From Acidimicrobiales bacterium (GTDB lineage: Bacteria > Actinomycetota > Acidimicrobiia > Acidimicrobiales > SZUA-35), in assembly GCA_047974625.1 (NCBI GenBank), contig JBKECK010000054.1, positions 4,988 through 68,987 of the forward strand: 64,000 nt of DNA, given 5' to 3'. The notes below the pieces were generated by a model that saw nothing but the letters and a program-made list of their open reading frames with translations, had not been told where the DNA came from and did no database searches. How positions within the stretch are numbered: position 1 is the first letter of the stretch; every line of letters begins with the position of its first letter. The translations under genes and the position numbers were made by a program. Shown piece by piece: positions 63,920 to 64,000 of this stretch.

Positions 63920-64000
63920 CGTCCTCGACGACCCCGGGCGGGCCGGGGTGGCCGGCGGGGGCCAGCGGGAGGCGGGGGGTGTGGGGCTGGGCCGGACCGG

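Noticed and set aside
1-64000. Search for mobile elements, prophage, integrase/transposase genes, terminal inverted repeats flanking islands, toxin-antitoxin pairs or known defence-system genes
   Set aside because: No ORF showed DDE/tyrosine-recombinase/serine-recombinase, Cas, restriction-modification or typical toxin motifs. The accessory-looking modules are not bracketed by repeats or tRNA genes.

Overview
This is a very GC-rich chromosomal segment (by eye well above 65% GC; not computed). Its coding style fits an Actinomycetota-type genome: GTG/TTG starts, many 1-4 nt ATGA/GTGA/TGATG gene overlaps, long spurious antisense ORFs, stem-only terminators and TANNNT-N6-ATG leaderless-type starts. 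I call about 60 protein-coding genes and one decayed ABC-ATPase pseudogene. I found no rRNA, tRNA, CRISPR array, transposase or integrase.

Gene content, left to right:
- Fe3+ ABC uptake genes
- an epimerase plus a flippase-like/GT2 fusion
- small metabolic genes
- an orphan tadE-tadG-tadE pseudopilin module
- a CAP-domain secreted protein, then putA
- a 7-TM SWEET-like protein
- repair and metabolic genes
- a divergent sugar-tailoring cluster (SDR-aminotransferase fusion, Alg14-like, Alg13-like-methyltransferase fusion, radical SAM, methyltransferase)
- gnd and pgl
- a Ser/Thr-kinase/ECF-sigma pair, divergent from two tandem paralogous 8-Cys lipoproteins
- a Fur-family regulator plus a CbiM(N)QO-type metal importer
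- a scramblase-like protein, a GH5 hydrolase and a desaturase
- beta-oxidation genes with a MarR regulator
- a cobamide nucleotide-loop/salvage operon (cobC-cbiZ-cobU-cobS-cobD-cobT)
- a TPP enzyme
- an EcsC / TPR-AAA / TPR-membrane trio
- an acyl-CoA dehydrogenase
- an ORF-track-invisible 55-aa Cys-rich gene behind an AT-rich 18-bp direct-repeat array
- an AceE-like E1 component

Best candidates for something undescribed:
1. The radical-SAM sugar-tailoring cluster at 19671-25620, which has two unusual domain fusions and a catalytically degenerate SDR domain.
2. The anti-sigma-less kinase/ECF-sigma pair together with the duplicated 8-Cys lipoproteins (30672-35368).
3. The TadG-like protein with a periodic Cys-pair repeat (8219-10027).
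4. The AT-rich repeat array plus the small CxxC gene (61181-61494).

The window also holds a striking number of short perfect head-to-tail duplications (17, 17, 18, 24, 25 and 27 bp).

All functional calls come from motif recognition by eye. No database search, HMM scan or folding calculation was possible.
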